Shown here: positions 22,466 through 33,321 of the stretch, one piece after another | Numbering within the stretch: position 1 is the stretch's first letter | Layout: each line of letters opens with the position of its first letter | From: Microcoleus sp. | GTDB lineage: Bacteria > Cyanobacteriota > Cyanobacteriia > Cyanobacteriales > Microcoleaceae | Assembly: GCA_052279835.1 (NCBI GenBank) | Contig: CP181291.1 | Location: 4,224,001 to 4,288,000, forward strand | DNA length: 64,000 nucleotides | Direction: 5' to 3' | Notes under the pieces: generated by a model | Databases searched by the model: none | Told to the model about the DNA's origin: nothing | The model's input: only the letters and a program-made list of their open reading frames with translations | Program-made: the position numbers and the translations under genes

Positions 22466-23203
22466 TCAATTGTATTGCACTTTATACATTTGAAATAAAT
22501 CGCCACTTTGTTTTTTTACTATTTTTGCACCGGCAGTTTTAATCAGTTTTTCCCAATCTTCAATTCCTTCTAAAAATACTTCCCCTGCTCGATAGGTTTC
22601 CAAAATTGCCCAATCTTCTGCTAAGGGAGCATTAGGGTTGAGGACATCAAACACGAAGTGACCTCCCGGCTTTAATACTCGCTTAACTTCTCCCATGACA
22701 ATAGCCCAATAATCTTTGGGAAAATAGCAACTAAAGCCCGTGGCGATGCACAAATCGAATTGATCCTCTTCGTAATTTAGGCGATGAGCGGGGGCAAGTT
22801 CTACGCCTTTAAATAGTTTAGAATTGAGTTGAGGACCGCGGGCGTTTAAGGCGTCTCGTGCGGCGCTGCTGATTTCTTGGCCGTAAAAAAAGGCTTCCCA
22901 ATCGCGCCAAGGGTAGATTAGAAAGCTGACTCCGCAGCCAATGTCTAAACAGCGCTGATTTTTTTGGGGTTTGGCAATTTGCCAAAAGGGAGAAACTGTT
23001 TTGGCTTGGAGGGTGCCGGCGATGGATTCCCGAAAAATCGGCATGGCTTCGACTTCTTCGGGGAAAGGGAAGGGTTCTCCTCGGTATTCGCGATCGAACC
23101 GGGAAGCAACTGGCGAGAGTAAAGGTTGCCAGCTATCTGATTTGTCCTTAGCAAACCAAGTTGGCTCTGGACTGGTGGCAAGGCGATCGGACTTTTTAGA
23201 CAT
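22466..23203 (-). CDS. Class I SAM-dependent methyltransferase
   Basis: CLDIGCGVS, FDLCIATG, KRVLKPGGHFVFD. Confidence 0.88.
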   Translation of the reverse strand: MSKKSDRLATSPEPTWFAKDKSDSWQPLLSPVASRFDREYRGEPFPFPEEVEAMPIFRESIAGTLQAKTVSPFWQIAKPQKNQRCLDIGCGVSFLIYPWRDWEAFFYGQEISSAARDALNARGPQLNSKLFKGVELAPAHRLNYEEDQFDLCIATGFSCYFPKDYWAIVMGEVKRVLKPGGHFVFDVLNPNAPLAEDWAILETYRAGEVFLEGIEDWEKLIKTAGAKIVKKQSGDLFQMYKVQYN

Positions 23204-23298
23204 TCTTGAATTACACTCTTGGATAGAGATTTGTCGCGATACAAAGGTCGCGATTAATCATGAATTAGATTCCCCCTACCTTCATGTCGGGCTGTCTC

Positions 23299-23496
23299 TC
23301 ACCTTTTGGAGGCTTTGAGGGCCTTTGTAAAGTTTTGGCGATAGGGCTTATTAAAAATTAATGCTGGCCATAGCAGGGCTAGCTTCAGGCGATTGGAAAA
23401 ACTTCTGTCGAAGTTAGTGCGATCGAAACCCTTCCAAAATTTCCAAATACCTGCACCGTAAGCGATCAGTAATGCCAAGCTAATTAAGGTACTCAT
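23299..23496 (-). CDS. Small membrane hypothetical protein
   Basis: MSTLISLALLIAYGAGIWKFWKGFDRTNF...LALLWP; ATG at 23496. Confidence 0.7.
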   Translation of the reverse strand: MSTLISLALLIAYGAGIWKFWKGFDRTNFDRSFSNRLKLALLWPALIFNKPYRQNFTKALKASKR

Positions 23497-23500
23497 CAAC

Positions 23501-23790
23501 AAAATGGGTTTGAAACCCCGTCCTGTGAGGACGGCTTTACCACAATTTAACACATCTCACGAGATCGGTATATGAGTTAACCAGCCTTTAAGTAGCGATT
23601 CTATCGGACTCCCGAACCAGAAACCTCGATCGCCCCGATGATAGGCTGTACTCGCCTGGTCTACAACGGTGGCTGGAGAGTTCCGACAGAGGCTTGGTAC
23701 AAAGACAAGCAACGAGTGGCTACAACGATATTTCAGCTAGATTGACTCTTTGGAATCAGAACCCGGAACTCGAATTCCTCCTAGGCGCTT
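23501..23790 (+). mobile_element. Degenerate IS200/IS605 left end plus 5' tnpB remnant
   Basis: Left-end hairpin CCCCGTCCTGTGAGGACGGCTTT like the two tnpB elements, followed by eroded AFK*RFY...IGCTRLVYN coding remnant. Confidence 0.65.
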
Positions 23791-24226
23791 CTATCTTGTA
23801 GATATCAAAAAAATCCGATCGATCATCAATTATCAAAATAATAATTAAAGATTTTAATGAGTATATAATACTACTAAGTTGCCAAATTGTTTGATTTACA
23901 ATTCACAAACAACTCATAGCTTTTTGTAAAGCTTCTGGTACAGTACGGCTGACCTCTAACTGGTTGAATACTGTAATGAGGGAGGTTTTAAAAGCTCGTG
24001 AAAAGGTTAAATGTTATATAATCCTACCAAAGGGGTTAAAAGGCTGGGGAAGGTACACGCTAAAGTTTCCAATATCCGTACAGAAATCAAGTTGATGTCA
24101 ATCTTATGTAGCAGACTCACGGATAATTAATTAAGACGTGATAGCTGAGGGCTGACCAAACAATTTTAAATTTGAGATTGTTGAGTTAAAAATGACTAGG
24201 AGTGCTTTTTAAGCAAGGAGGATTTT

Positions 24227-26770
24227 ATGCGTGCAGTGCTGATGGCTGGGGGGTCGGGAACGAGGCTCAGACCTCTGACGTGCGATTTGCCAAAACCGAT
24301 GGTGCCTATTCTTAATCGCCCGATCGCACAACACATTATCAATTTGCTAAAAAGACATCAGATTAGGGAAATTATTGCGACGCTGCACTATCTTCCTGAT
24401 GTCATGCGCGAATACTTTGGAGACGGCAGTGAATTTGGCGTACAAATGACTTACGCTGTGGAAGAAGACCAGCCCCTGGGTACCGCAGGGTGTGTCAAAA
24501 ATATTGCCGAATTGCTCGATCGCACTTTTATCGTGATTAGTGGCGATAGTATCACAGATTTAGACTTGACGGCTGCTGTGCAATTTCACCGCAGCCAGAA
24601 ATCCAAAGCTACGTTAATTTTAACTCGCGTTCCCAACCCCATGGAATTCGGAGTGGTGATTACTGACGAAAATCACCGGATCAATCGCTTTCTGGAAAAA
24701 CCTTCTAGTAGCGAAATTTTCTCCGATACTGTGAATACCGGCACTTACATTTTAGAGCCGGAAGTCTTGGATTACCTGCCGCTGGATGTGGAATCTGATT
24801 TCTCGAAAGACTTGTTTCCGCTGTTGCTAGAAAAAGGTGAGCCGATGTATGGTTACATCGCTGAGGGTTACTGGTGCGATGTCGGCCAGTTAGATGTCTA
24901 CCGGGAAGCTCAGTATGACGCGCTGCGGGGAAAGGTGAAATTGGATTTGAGCTACTACGACCAAGTGCGATCGGGATTGTGGGTAGGTCAGAATACTTTT
25001 ATTGACGATAGTGCGATCGTGGAAGTACCCGCGATGATCGGCAACAATTGTCGCATCGGAGCTAGAGTCAAAATCGAAGCCGGTTCGGTGATTGGAGATA
25101 ACGTAACTGTGGGGGCCGATGCCAACCTCAAGCGTCCCATCGTGTGGAACGGAGCAATTATCGGCGAAGATGCTCATCTCAGGGCTTGTGTGATTTGCAG
25201 GAGCACTCGCGTAGACAGGCGGGCTCACGTATTAGAAGGGGCTGTGGTCGGTTCCATGTCCATAGTCGGAGAAGAAGCCCAAGTGGGGCCGAGCGTCCGC
25301 GTCTGGCCTAGTAAAAATATTGAATCGGGGGCTTTGTTAAATAGCAATTTAATTTGGGGAGAACAAGCTAAGCGGAATTTATTTGGTCAACGGGGGGTTC
25401 AAGGACTAGCGAATGTGGATGTTACCCCGGAATTTGCCGTGAAATTGGGCGCTGCTTATGGTTCTACTTTGAAACCAGGTTCTTCGGTATCGGTGTCTAG
25501 GGATCAGCGGAGCATTTCCCGGATGGTTTCGAGGTCTTTGATTGCTGGTTTAATGTCGGTGGGAATTAGTGTGGTCAATTTGGAATCCACGGCAATTCCG
25601 ATCGCGCGCACGGTTTCATGTACTCTGTCAGTGGCTGGTGGGATTCACGTTCGGATTTCGCCCGATCGATCGGACCACATTTTAATTGAATTTTTCGATA
25701 CCAAAGGTATCAATATTACGAAAGCGGCGGAGAAGAAAATCGAGGGCGCTTACTTTAAAGAAGATTTACGGCGGGCTCTGATTCCTGAAATTGGGGAGAT
25801 GTCGTACTTTAACCAATCTCTGGAGGTTTACTCCCGCACCTTTGAGCGGCAAATGAATGTAGAAGCCATTCGCTACAGTAATTCTAAGGTAGTTATCGAT
25901 TACGTCTATGCAGTTTCGGGGGCAATTTTGCCACAAATGCTCGCCAAATTTGGTTGCGATGCGGTGGTACTTAATGCCAGTCTTAAACAAAGTTCTCTGA
26001 GCAATGGCGAACGGGAATATTTGCTTGACCAACTCGGTCGGGTGGTGAAAGCACTCAGCGCTAATTTTGGGGTACAGGTGTCGGCCAATGGCGAACAGTT
26101 AATTTTGGTAGATGAGTCTGGGATAGCGATTCGCGGGGAAATGTTGACGGCGTTGATGGTAAATTTGATGCTGACTTCGCATCCAAAAGGTACAGTGGTA
26201 GTACCGGTCAATGCTTCTTCTGCGGTAGAGGCGATCGCCCGTCGCTATCAAAGTAAAGTAATCCGCACTAAAGCGAATCCCACTGCTTTGATGGAAGCTG
26301 CTAACAGGAATCCCAACGTGGTTTTGGGTGGCAGTGGAAATATGGGTTTTATTTTCCCCCAATTGCATCCTGGATTTGACGGAATGTTCTGTATTGCTAA
26401 AGTGATAGAAATGATGACGATTCAGGAGCGATCGCTAGGACAGATTAAGGCAGAACTTCCTCGCGTCACTCATCGTAGTTACAGCGTCCGCTGTCCTTGG
26501 ACTGTCAAGGGTTCTCTGATGCGATATTTAGTAGAAACTCATTCCCCAGATAGTTTAGAATTAGTAGATGGAGTGAAAATATTTAACTCCAGCGATGACA
26601 ATTGGGTATTAGTTTTGCCCGATGCTAGCGAACCGACAGTCCATATTTTTGCTAACAGTGAAGACCGAGATTGGGTATCTGAAACTTTGAAGGAGTACCG
26701 CAGCCTAGTTCAGGATTTTGTTAGCCAAACTGAGGCGGCTGTTCGCAAAGATAAATTTGGTAATGGGTAA
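24227..26770 (+). CDS. Mannose-1-phosphate guanylyltransferase / phosphomannomutase-like fusion
   Basis: MAGGSGTRLRPLTCDLPKPMVP, hexapeptide repeats, then PGM/PMM-like LFGQRGVQG domains. Confidence 0.92.
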   Translation: MRAVLMAGGSGTRLRPLTCDLPKPMVPILNRPIAQHIINLLKRHQIREIIATLHYLPDVMREYFGDGSEFGVQMTYAVEEDQPLGTAGCVKNIAELLDRTFIVISGDSITDLDLTAAVQFHRSQKSKATLILTRVPNPMEFGVVITDENHRINRFLEKPSSSEIFSDTVNTGTYILEPEVLDYLPLDVESDFSKDLFPLLLEKGEPMYGYIAEGYWCDVGQLDVYREAQYDALRGKVKLDLSYYDQVRSGLWVGQNTFIDDSAIVEVPAMIGNNCRIGARVKIEAGSVIGDNVTVGADANLKRPIVWNGAIIGEDAHLRACVICRSTRVDRRAHVLEGAVVGSMSIVGEEAQVGPSVRVWPSKNIESGALLNSNLIWGEQAKRNLFGQRGVQGLANVDVTPEFAVKLGAAYGSTLKPGSSVSVSRDQRSISRMVSRSLIAGLMSVGISVVNLESTAIPIARTVSCTLSVAGGIHVRISPDRSDHILIEFFDTKGINITKAAEKKIEGAYFKEDLRRALIPEIGEMSYFNQSLEVYSRTFERQMNVEAIRYSNSKVVIDYVYAVSGAILPQMLAKFGCDAVVLNASLKQSSLSNGEREYLLDQLGRVVKALSANFGVQVSANGEQLILVDESGIAIRGEMLTALMVNLMLTSHPKGTVVVPVNASSAVEAIARRYQSKVIRTKANPTALMEAANRNPNVVLGGSGNMGFIFPQLHPGFDGMFCIAKVIEMMTIQERSLGQIKAELPRVTHRSYSVRCPWTVKGSLMRYLVETHSPDSLELVDGVKIFNSSDDNWVLVLPDASEPTVHIFANSEDRDWVSETLKEYRSLVQDFVSQTEAAVRKDKFGNG

Positions 26771-26862
26771 TTGGTAAGGGGGCATTGGTAATTGGGAATT
26801 GGTAATGCAAAAGTGAAAAGATAAAATGCGTTATTTTAAGTTTTACCTTTTTACTTGAAAGT

Positions 26863-26958
26863 CAATTCCCAATGCCCAATGCCCAATGCCCAATTCCCAA
26901 TTCCCAATTCCCAATCCCCAATCCCCAATCCCCAATCCCCAATTCCCAATTCCCAATT
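26863..26958. repeat. STRR-type heptamer tandem repeat (CCCAATN)n
   Basis: Directly visible; an oppositely oriented degenerate run lies at ~26756-26806. Confidence 0.9.
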
Positions 26959-26963
26959 AAGTT

Positions 26964-27521
26964 ATGAATAGCTGCATTTTGTTGGTGGAAATAATTCAAG
27001 AACCACAACTCCGTTTTACTGCTGAAAATCAACTTCAGATCGCTGAAATGCTAGTGGAGTTTCCAGGTCCAAAACCTGAAGATCCGCCCGAACGTTTGAA
27101 GGTGATAGGATGGGGAAATTTTGCCGTGGAAATCCATGAAAAATATCATGAAGGCGATCGCGTGATTATTGAAGGCCGACTCAACATGAACACAATGGAA
27201 AGAGATGGTATCAAAGAGAAGCGAGCCGAACTGACAGCTCAAAAAATTTACAGTCTCGGTGCGAATGCGATGAACTCGGATCTCGCCCCTAGAACCGCCC
27301 CGGAACCAGCTCAAATTCGTGACAGCGCGCCTCAGACCGTGCCTAGCAATGTGGTACCTTTAGGCTCGCGAAACCGCAGTTCTAGCAACGCTCCCGGACC
27401 TGCTAATCGCACTTCTAGCTCTGATTGGAACTCCCATCAGTCTCCAAATTCTGAGTCCGATCGCTCGTCGGGTTCCTCTAACGAAGCTGACAATCCCGAT
27501 TACGATCCAATTCCGTTTTAA
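26964..27521 (+). CDS. ssb: Single-stranded DNA-binding protein (cyanobacterial SSB-like)
   Basis: OB-fold EPQLRFT...[10 protein letters not shown], disordered tail ending DPIPF. Confidence 0.85.
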   Translation: MNSCILLVEIIQEPQLRFTAENQLQIAEMLVEFPGPKPEDPPERLKVIGWGNFAVEIHEKYHEGDRVIIEGRLNMNTMERDGIKEKRAELTAQKIYSLGANAMNSDLAPRTAPEPAQIRDSAPQTVPSNVVPLGSRNRSSSNAPGPANRTSSSDWNSHQSPNSESDRSSGSSNEADNPDYDPIPF

Positions 27522-27530
27522 GAAATAAAG

Positions 27531-27570
27531 TGCGTCACTGGATCTATCGGCCGATAGATCCAGTGACGCA
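27531..27570. terminator. Perfect 40-bp palindrome after ssb, possible terminator
   Basis: TGCGTCACTGGATCTATCGG|CCGATAGATCCAGTGACGCA followed by TTTT. Confidence 0.6.
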
Positions 27571-27632
27571 TTTTAATTTAAGGGCGATCGGACTTCAGGT
27601 GAGAGGGAGCATCCCATTTTTGCAAATATATC

Positions 27633-27706
27633 CGTAGGGGAGAAGCATTACGGCAGTAAGTCTCTGCTTATAACCAATAAACTATCTGCCGTAATGCTTC
27701 GCCCCT
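27633..27706. repeat. GTAGGG-type REP-like inverted repeat
   Basis: GTAGGGGAGAAGCATTACGGCAG ... CTGCCGTAATGCTTCGCCCCT. Confidence 0.65.
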
Positions 27707-27798
27707 CCAACATTCGGATGCACCCAGGTTAGAGTGCGGTAGCGAAACGGATATCCCTTAATCCAGACCTATAGAGTCTACTGGTAGATATACAATTT

Positions 27799-28143
27799 TT
27801 ACAGCTTGATAGTCAGAACTTTTTTCTTGCTTTTTTCGTCGCGCAGCACCACTGTATTGTAGGGTGATGTATCTGTCCCCAGCGGAATTGGCAGCTTAAA
27901 GGTGTGGCTTTTATGCTTAAGTTCGCCTAAATCAATGCTTTTCGATATATTGCCATCTGTTGCGAGATAAGCGGTCAGTTCGCCTTGATAATCTTCAATC
28001 AAAAAGTCTCTGAAAAAAACGACTTCCCCACCCTCGACATCGATAGCAAGGATGACCGTACCGCTAAACGTGGCGCCTTTTTGTTCTTCATCAACCGTCG
28101 CCATTTTAATTTCCGAGGGGTCTTGACCGGACATATCTGCCAT
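27799..28143 (-). CDS. DM13-like domain protein
   Basis: LTAYLA...IDLGELK...FKLPIPLGTDTSPYNTVVL matches the DM13 pattern; the usual C-terminal Cys is absent. Confidence 0.55.
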   Translation of the reverse strand: MADMSGQDPSEIKMATVDEEQKGATFSGTVILAIDVEGGEVVFFRDFLIEDYQGELTAYLATDGNISKSIDLGELKHKSHTFKLPIPLGTDTSPYNTVVLRDEKSKKKVLTIKL

Positions 28144-28303
28144 AAATTTTTTCTCCTGAGAGGAGTGCGATTAACTAACAAGAATCCTACCTAACGCTAA
28201 GGGCGATCGCAAAACTCTTAGGACGTATTTCTACATCGGTCTCGCTTCTGTCTCAGGTTAGAGAAGCCCCCGATCCCGTATTAGATCGCTAATTCTCTCA
28301 GTT

Positions 28304-28409
28304 ATATCGTTTCTGGTTGCATCGGAATGATTTAACCGCAGAGAACACAGAGGACACAGAGGGAGAAAATAGAGGTCTTAATAATTCAGATGCTACCGAA
28401 CTTGATATC
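28304..28409. repeat. MITE-like dispersed element (GGAATGATTTAACCRCAGAG core)
   Basis: Imperfect TIRs ATATCGTTTCTGGTTGCATC / GATGCTACCGAACTTGATAT; copies at ~50979-51083 and partial copies at ~12074-12116 and ~32778-32820. Confidence 0.7.
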
Positions 28410-28450
28410 AAATCTTTGGCTTCAACTGCAAATTTTTACGCAGAATTGAC

Positions 28451-29752
28451 CAAAAGGATGGGATACAAGCCCCGTCCTTTTAGGACGGCTTTAATTTTTC
28501 ATGATTTTATTAGCAGAACCTAGTATAATAGAGTAAATAAACAGCCAAGAGAAATGAAAGCAAGGTATCAATTCCGTTTCTATCCAACCGACAAACAAAA
28601 ACAGAGTTTAGCTCAGTTGTTTGGTTGTGTTCGGGTAGTGTGGAATGATGCCTTAGCTCTCTGTAAGCAGTCCGAGAAAAAACCCAAATCTGCCGAACTC
28701 CAAAAGCTAGTAATTACTCAAGCAAAACAAACAATCGAAAGAGCTTGGTTGTCAGAAGTTTCAAACATCCCGTTACAGCAGTCGGTAGCAGATTTGGAAA
28801 CAGCTTTTAAAAACTTTTTTGAGTCCTGTAAAGGGAAAAGAAAAGGTCATAAAGTTGGCTATCCCAATTTCAAAAAACGCACAAACAGCCAGTCTGCCCG
28901 GTTAAATCGCGGGGGTTTTTCAATTAAAGGAGATGGCGTTTATCTAGCCAAAATCGGAATTGTCAACCCTGTTTGGTCTAGACAGCTACCGTCCGCTCCT
29001 AGCTCTGCAACGATAATCAAGGATTGTGCTAATCGCTATTTTCTGAGCTTTGTTGTAGAGATTAATCCAGAGCGCGTAGATGCTAAAAACCACAGCATCG
29101 GCATCGATTTGGGCATTAAAACCTTTGCAGTGATGAGCAATGGCGATCAAGCCGAAAGTCCTAGCTACAAAAAACTAGATCGGAAAGTCCGCAAACTTCA
29201 GAAAAAACTAGCTCGTCAACAGAAGGACTCCAAACGTAGAAACAAAACTCGAACCCAGATAGCCAAACTACACAATCAAATTGCCGACACTCGTAAAGAC
29301 TTCTTGCACAAACTGTCTACTAAAATAGTTAGTGAAAATCAAACTATTGTTTTAGAAGACTTGAACGTATCGGGAATGGTAAAAAAACCGCAGACTTGCT
29401 AGGGTGATTAGCCAGCAAGGATGGTATGAGTTCCGATCGTTGTGCGAGGGAAAGTCGGAAAAATTTGGTAGGGATTTTAGGGTAATCAGTCGTTGGGAAC
29501 CTACAAGCCAAATTTGCTCAGATTGTGGTTTTAGATGGGGCAAACTCGATCTAAAAATCCGATCTGTTCAGTGTCATAATTGCGGAACCGAACACGATCG
29601 AGATGAAAACGCAGCCAAAAATATAAACAAAGTCGGGACAGGGCATTGCCACGACTGTAAACGGACGCAGAGACAGAGTAAGACTACCTTTGGTAGCGTC
29701 AGTCGGTGAAGCGTCAAGAATCACCGCGCTCATCTGCCGGTGAGTATGTCAA
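28451..29752 (+). mobile_element. IS200/IS605-family (IS1341-type, tnpB-only) element
   Basis: Left-end hairpin CCGTCCTTTTAGGACGG, right-end hairpin ending GAGTATGTCAA; preceded by TGAC. Confidence 0.85.
28554..29709 (+). pseudogene. tnpB: TnpB RNA-guided nuclease, frameshifted
   Basis: MKARYQFRFYPT, IGIDLG, VLEDL; +1 A in the A7 run at 29381-29387 relative to the intact paralog; downstream frame has CSDC/CHNC and DRDENAA. Confidence 0.88.
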
Positions 29753-29787
29753 CAAGACAGGATATTCCAGGTTCCTAGCGCAATCAA

Positions 29788-31188
29788 TCACGTCTTTGGT
29801 TGATGTGGTTTCGATTGATTCGCCAGTACCTGCTTTAATACCTGCAACAGAATGCGAGGTTGAAATAGTGTGGTATTAGATTTCAACATATGCAAAACTT
29901 GCAAAAAACTGAGTGTAGTTTGAGGATCGCGCACAGTTAAATGAATGACTTGGTTCATGTACCATCCCATCAACTTTTCCGGGACACTATGAGCCTTGGT
30001 GATACCTTGAATGCTAGGGTATTTAGCATCTTGACTCGTAGCGGTAATCCAAGGTTCAGCATTAATTTTTGCCAGTTGTTTCTGAAATGTTTTTGCTAAT
30101 CCAGTGAGGCTAGGTGAGGGCTGTCGGGCAATTTTTGCCAAGCACGTCTCTAAGGCCTTGACTCCCAATGCGGCTACAGTCATGCCTTGAGCATAAATGG
30201 GTGTGAAGGAACAAACAGCATCTCCTAAAACCACAAAGCGTTCGGGCTGTCGCTTCAGAGTTTCGTAGTGGCATAACCGATTGCCTGGAGAATGGTAAAT
30301 TTCAATCGGTGTAGAAGGTTTTGCCTGCTTAATAGCGTTGTAAATCATCGGGCTGGGTAAGTGCTCGATCGCCTCCAAAAGGGCAGCTTCATCTTTTGAG
30401 GGGCGGTGGGGTACAGTGGTACACAACCCCAGAATCCAACTGTTATTTTCAATGGGGAACAGGACAGCCATCGAAGTGCGTTCCGGTGGAGAGGCTTGCA
30501 GATAAACGGCTTTCCAATCGGATTGAAATCCTGCGGGAATCTCATATGTGCAACCGGTATATCCCATGCCCGCTGTAATCACTGTTTCCTTTGGCACCTC
30601 ATAGCCCAATGCTTTCAACCATTTGGGGGCTTGCGAACTATAGCCGCTGGCATCCACCACAAAATCAGCGAGCAAGGTTTGCTCTTGAGTCTCTCCGTTT
30701 TGCTCACGTTGGCGGAATCTGACTCCAGCAATGCTAGTTCCATCAGCCGTGGAAATGAGTTGAGTTACATAAGCTTCCTCCTGGAAATGAAGGTGACTTA
30801 CTCGTGCTAATCGACGGTAAATTAACCAATCCAAAATGTGGCGGCTAAAAGACAGCACTGTAAATCCAGAGGGGAAACGAGTATTCCAGCCAAAAGGGTT
30901 GAGCCATTTCACATCGCTTCCCATATCCAGTGTTACGGCTCCTTGAGCGATTAATTCTGCTTCTATACCTGGAAAGAAATCTTCGATGATTTGACGACCT
31001 CGGCTTAGCAAAAGATGAAGTTGAGTGCCTTGAGGAATGCCCCTGCGAGGTTCTGGTTGAAGAGGGAAGCGATCTCGTTCAATGATTGTCACCTGTTCAA
31101 AATAATCACTCAAAACCCTAGCTGTCAGGAGTCCGGCTATGCTTCCGCCAATGACTACCGCATGATGACCCAAAGCTGAATTTGCCAT
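29788..31188 (-). CDS. FAD-dependent oxidoreductase/monooxygenase
   Basis: AVVIGGSIAGL, VVDASG, VLGDAVCSFTPIYAQGMT. Confidence 0.88.
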   Translation of the reverse strand: MANSALGHHAVVIGGSIAGLLTARVLSDYFEQVTIIERDRFPLQPEPRRGIPQGTQLHLLLSRGRQIIEDFFPGIEAELIAQGAVTLDMGSDVKWLNPFGWNTRFPSGFTVLSFSRHILDWLIYRRLARVSHLHFQEEAYVTQLISTADGTSIAGVRFRQREQNGETQEQTLLADFVVDASGYSSQAPKWLKALGYEVPKETVITAGMGYTGCTYEIPAGFQSDWKAVYLQASPPERTSMAVLFPIENNSWILGLCTTVPHRPSKDEAALLEAIEHLPSPMIYNAIKQAKPSTPIEIYHSPGNRLCHYETLKRQPERFVVLGDAVCSFTPIYAQGMTVAALGVKALETCLAKIARQPSPSLTGLAKTFQKQLAKINAEPWITATSQDAKYPSIQGITKAHSVPEKLMGWYMNQVIHLTVRDPQTTLSFLQVLHMLKSNTTLFQPRILLQVLKQVLANQSKPHQPKT

Positions 31189-31238
31189 GATTTTTGTTTT
31201 TTCAAGTTGAGACTCACGAGGTTTTTGATTTAAATATA

Positions 31239-31925
31239 TTAGACATCTGGCACAATTTCCAATCCAAATACTTCTGCAAACTCCGCCACCACGATCGCCC
31301 GAACGCGATCGACCTCAATTCCAGGAATAAACTGCTCCAAACTCCCCACAGGCTTATCGGGAATCCCGCAAGGTACAATTTGCCCAAAGCCAGCCAAATC
31401 CGGGCAAACATTTAAAGCAAAACCGTGCATAGTAATCCAGCGACTAACCTTAATCCCGATCGCAGCTACTTTGTACCCATCAACCCAAACCCCAGTCATC
31501 CCCGGCACCCGCGCCCCCGAAAGCCCCAAAACAGCCAGCACCCTCAGCAGCACCTCCTCCAACTGTCGCAAATACCAGTGCAAATCCTGCTGGTGACGGC
31601 GCAAATTCAAAATCGGATAGCCCACCAACTGACCCGGACAATGGTAAGTCACCTCACCGCCTCGCTCGACTCGGTGCAATTCCGGCGCAGTGTCGCCCTC
31701 AAATTTGAGAAATTCCAATTTCGCCCCCTGTCCCAAGGTGTAAACGGGCGGATGTTCCAGCAAAATCAGCACATCCGGCAAATCAGGACGATCGCGCCGC
31801 TCTTGCACCAGTTGTTGCTGAGCTTCCCAAGCTTGGGAGTAGGGTACTTGTCCCCAGTCAAGGAGCAAGCAGGATTGAGAATGTAGATTTTGAGGAAAAG
31901 AAGGGAAAATCATGAAAAAAATCAA
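31239..31925 (-). CDS. lipB: Lipoyl(octanoyl) transferase LipB
   Basis: [45 protein letters not shown]. Exact start uncertain. Confidence 0.96.
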   Translation of the reverse strand: MIFFMIFPSFPQNLHSQSCLLLDWGQVPYSQAWEAQQQLVQERRDRPDLPDVLILLEHPPVYTLGQGAKLEFLKFEGDTAPELHRVERGGEVTYHCPGQLVGYPILNLRRHQQDLHWYLRQLEEVLLRVLAVLGLSGARVPGMTGVWVDGYKVAAIGIKVSRWITMHGFALNVCPDLAGFGQIVPCGIPDKPVGSLEQFIPGIEVDRVRAIVVAEFAEVFGLEIVPDV

Positions 31926-32063
31926 GAGTGTTTTTACTGAAAATTTACCTAGTTAAAATTAAGAATTGTCAACTGATCAAAAAGATTTTCAAGATGAGTG
32001 TTTTGTAGAATACAAAGTGCTATTGTATAAACTATACCCACGTTAGAGAAGGGAGGGAGCTCT

Positions 32064-32714
32064 ATGAAGCTTGTTATCCAGGGTAAAAATATAGAAATCA
32101 CCGATGCGATTCGCGAGTACGTCAATCAAAAAGTGGAAAAGGCGGTTAGCCATTTTCAAAGTTTGACTACAGAAGTGGACATACATCTGTCGGTGGCTCG
32201 TAACCCCAGGATTAATCCTAAGCAGACTGCTGAGGTGACAATTTATGCTAATGGCAGCGTAATTCGGGCTGAAGAAAGTACGGAAAGCCTCTATGCCAGT
32301 ATAGATTTAGTTGCCGACAAAATAGCTCGCCAACTGAGGAAATTTAAGGAAAAACGTCAGGACAACAAAACCACTACCAATGCTAAAACCGTAGCTGTGG
32401 TCGATGAACTTCCTGTGGTTGTGGATTTGATAGGCGATCGCACTCCCGAACTTCCAGCCGAGGTGGTACGGACTAAATATTTTGCCATGCCTCCGATGAC
32501 TGTGCAAGAAGCTTTAGAACAATTGCAGATTATTGACCACGATTTCTATATGTTTCAGAATGCGGAAACAGGCGAAATCAACGTACTTTACGAACGCAAG
32601 AGTCATGGTGGCTATGGAGTTATCCAACCTCGTAATGCCAACGGCAATGGCAATAGTAAGAATGGCAAAACTGCCCACGCTGCACATGAAAAATCAGGCG
32701 CTGCGAAAGGCTAG
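32064..32714 (+). CDS. hpf: Ribosome hibernation promoting factor (LrtA/long HPF)
   Basis: [42 protein letters not shown]. Confidence 0.95.
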   Translation: MKLVIQGKNIEITDAIREYVNQKVEKAVSHFQSLTTEVDIHLSVARNPRINPKQTAEVTIYANGSVIRAEESTESLYASIDLVADKIARQLRKFKEKRQDNKTTTNAKTVAVVDELPVVVDLIGDRTPELPAEVVRTKYFAMPPMTVQEALEQLQIIDHDFYMFQNAETGEINVLYERKSHGGYGVIQPRNANGNGNSKNGKTAHAAHEKSGAAKG

Positions 32715-32829
32715 ATAATTGCTATCACCAAAGAGAGGACTCAACTCCTCTCTTTGTCTTACTCTACCTCTTCTCTTCCTCTGTGTTCTCTGCGCTCTCT
32801 GCGGTTAAATCATTCCGATCCAATCCTAT

Positions 32830-33288
32830 CTAACTTTTAATACCTTCCAAAGTTTTGAGAGATTCTGCAACGTGGGCCTTAAAATCCAACATCGAGTCAA
32901 AAATATGCTTGACAACACCTTGTTTATCAATCACATAAGTTACTCGACCGGGCATAATCCATAGTGTAGCTGGAACACCATATAATTGCCGAACTTTATT
33001 ACCAGCATCGCTCAACAATGTAAAAGGTAACTGATATTTAGTGGCGAATTTCTGGTGAGATTGCTGGGAATCATCGCTAATCCCAATTACTTCTGCACCG
33101 GCGTCTTGAAAAACTTGATAACTATCACGAAAAGCGCAAGCTTCTGCGGTACATCCGGGTGTGTCGTCTTTGGGATAGAAGTAAACGATAACATTTTTTT
33201 GACCACGAAAATCTTTGAGGCTGACTGATGAGCCAGTTTGCGAGGTTAAGGTGAAATCCGGCGCGATATCTCCTACTTTGACTGTCAT
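32830..33288 (-). CDS. bcp: Peroxiredoxin Q / BCP
   Basis: YFYPKDDTPGCTAEACAFRD. Confidence 0.93.
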   Translation of the reverse strand: MTVKVGDIAPDFTLTSQTGSSVSLKDFRGQKNVIVYFYPKDDTPGCTAEACAFRDSYQVFQDAGAEVIGISDDSQQSHQKFATKYQLPFTLLSDAGNKVRQLYGVPATLWIMPGRVTYVIDKQGVVKHIFDSMLDFKAHVAESLKTLEGIKS

Positions 33289-33321
33289 ATTTGTTTAAGT
33301 GAGTTTTTCGTTTGTTGATTA

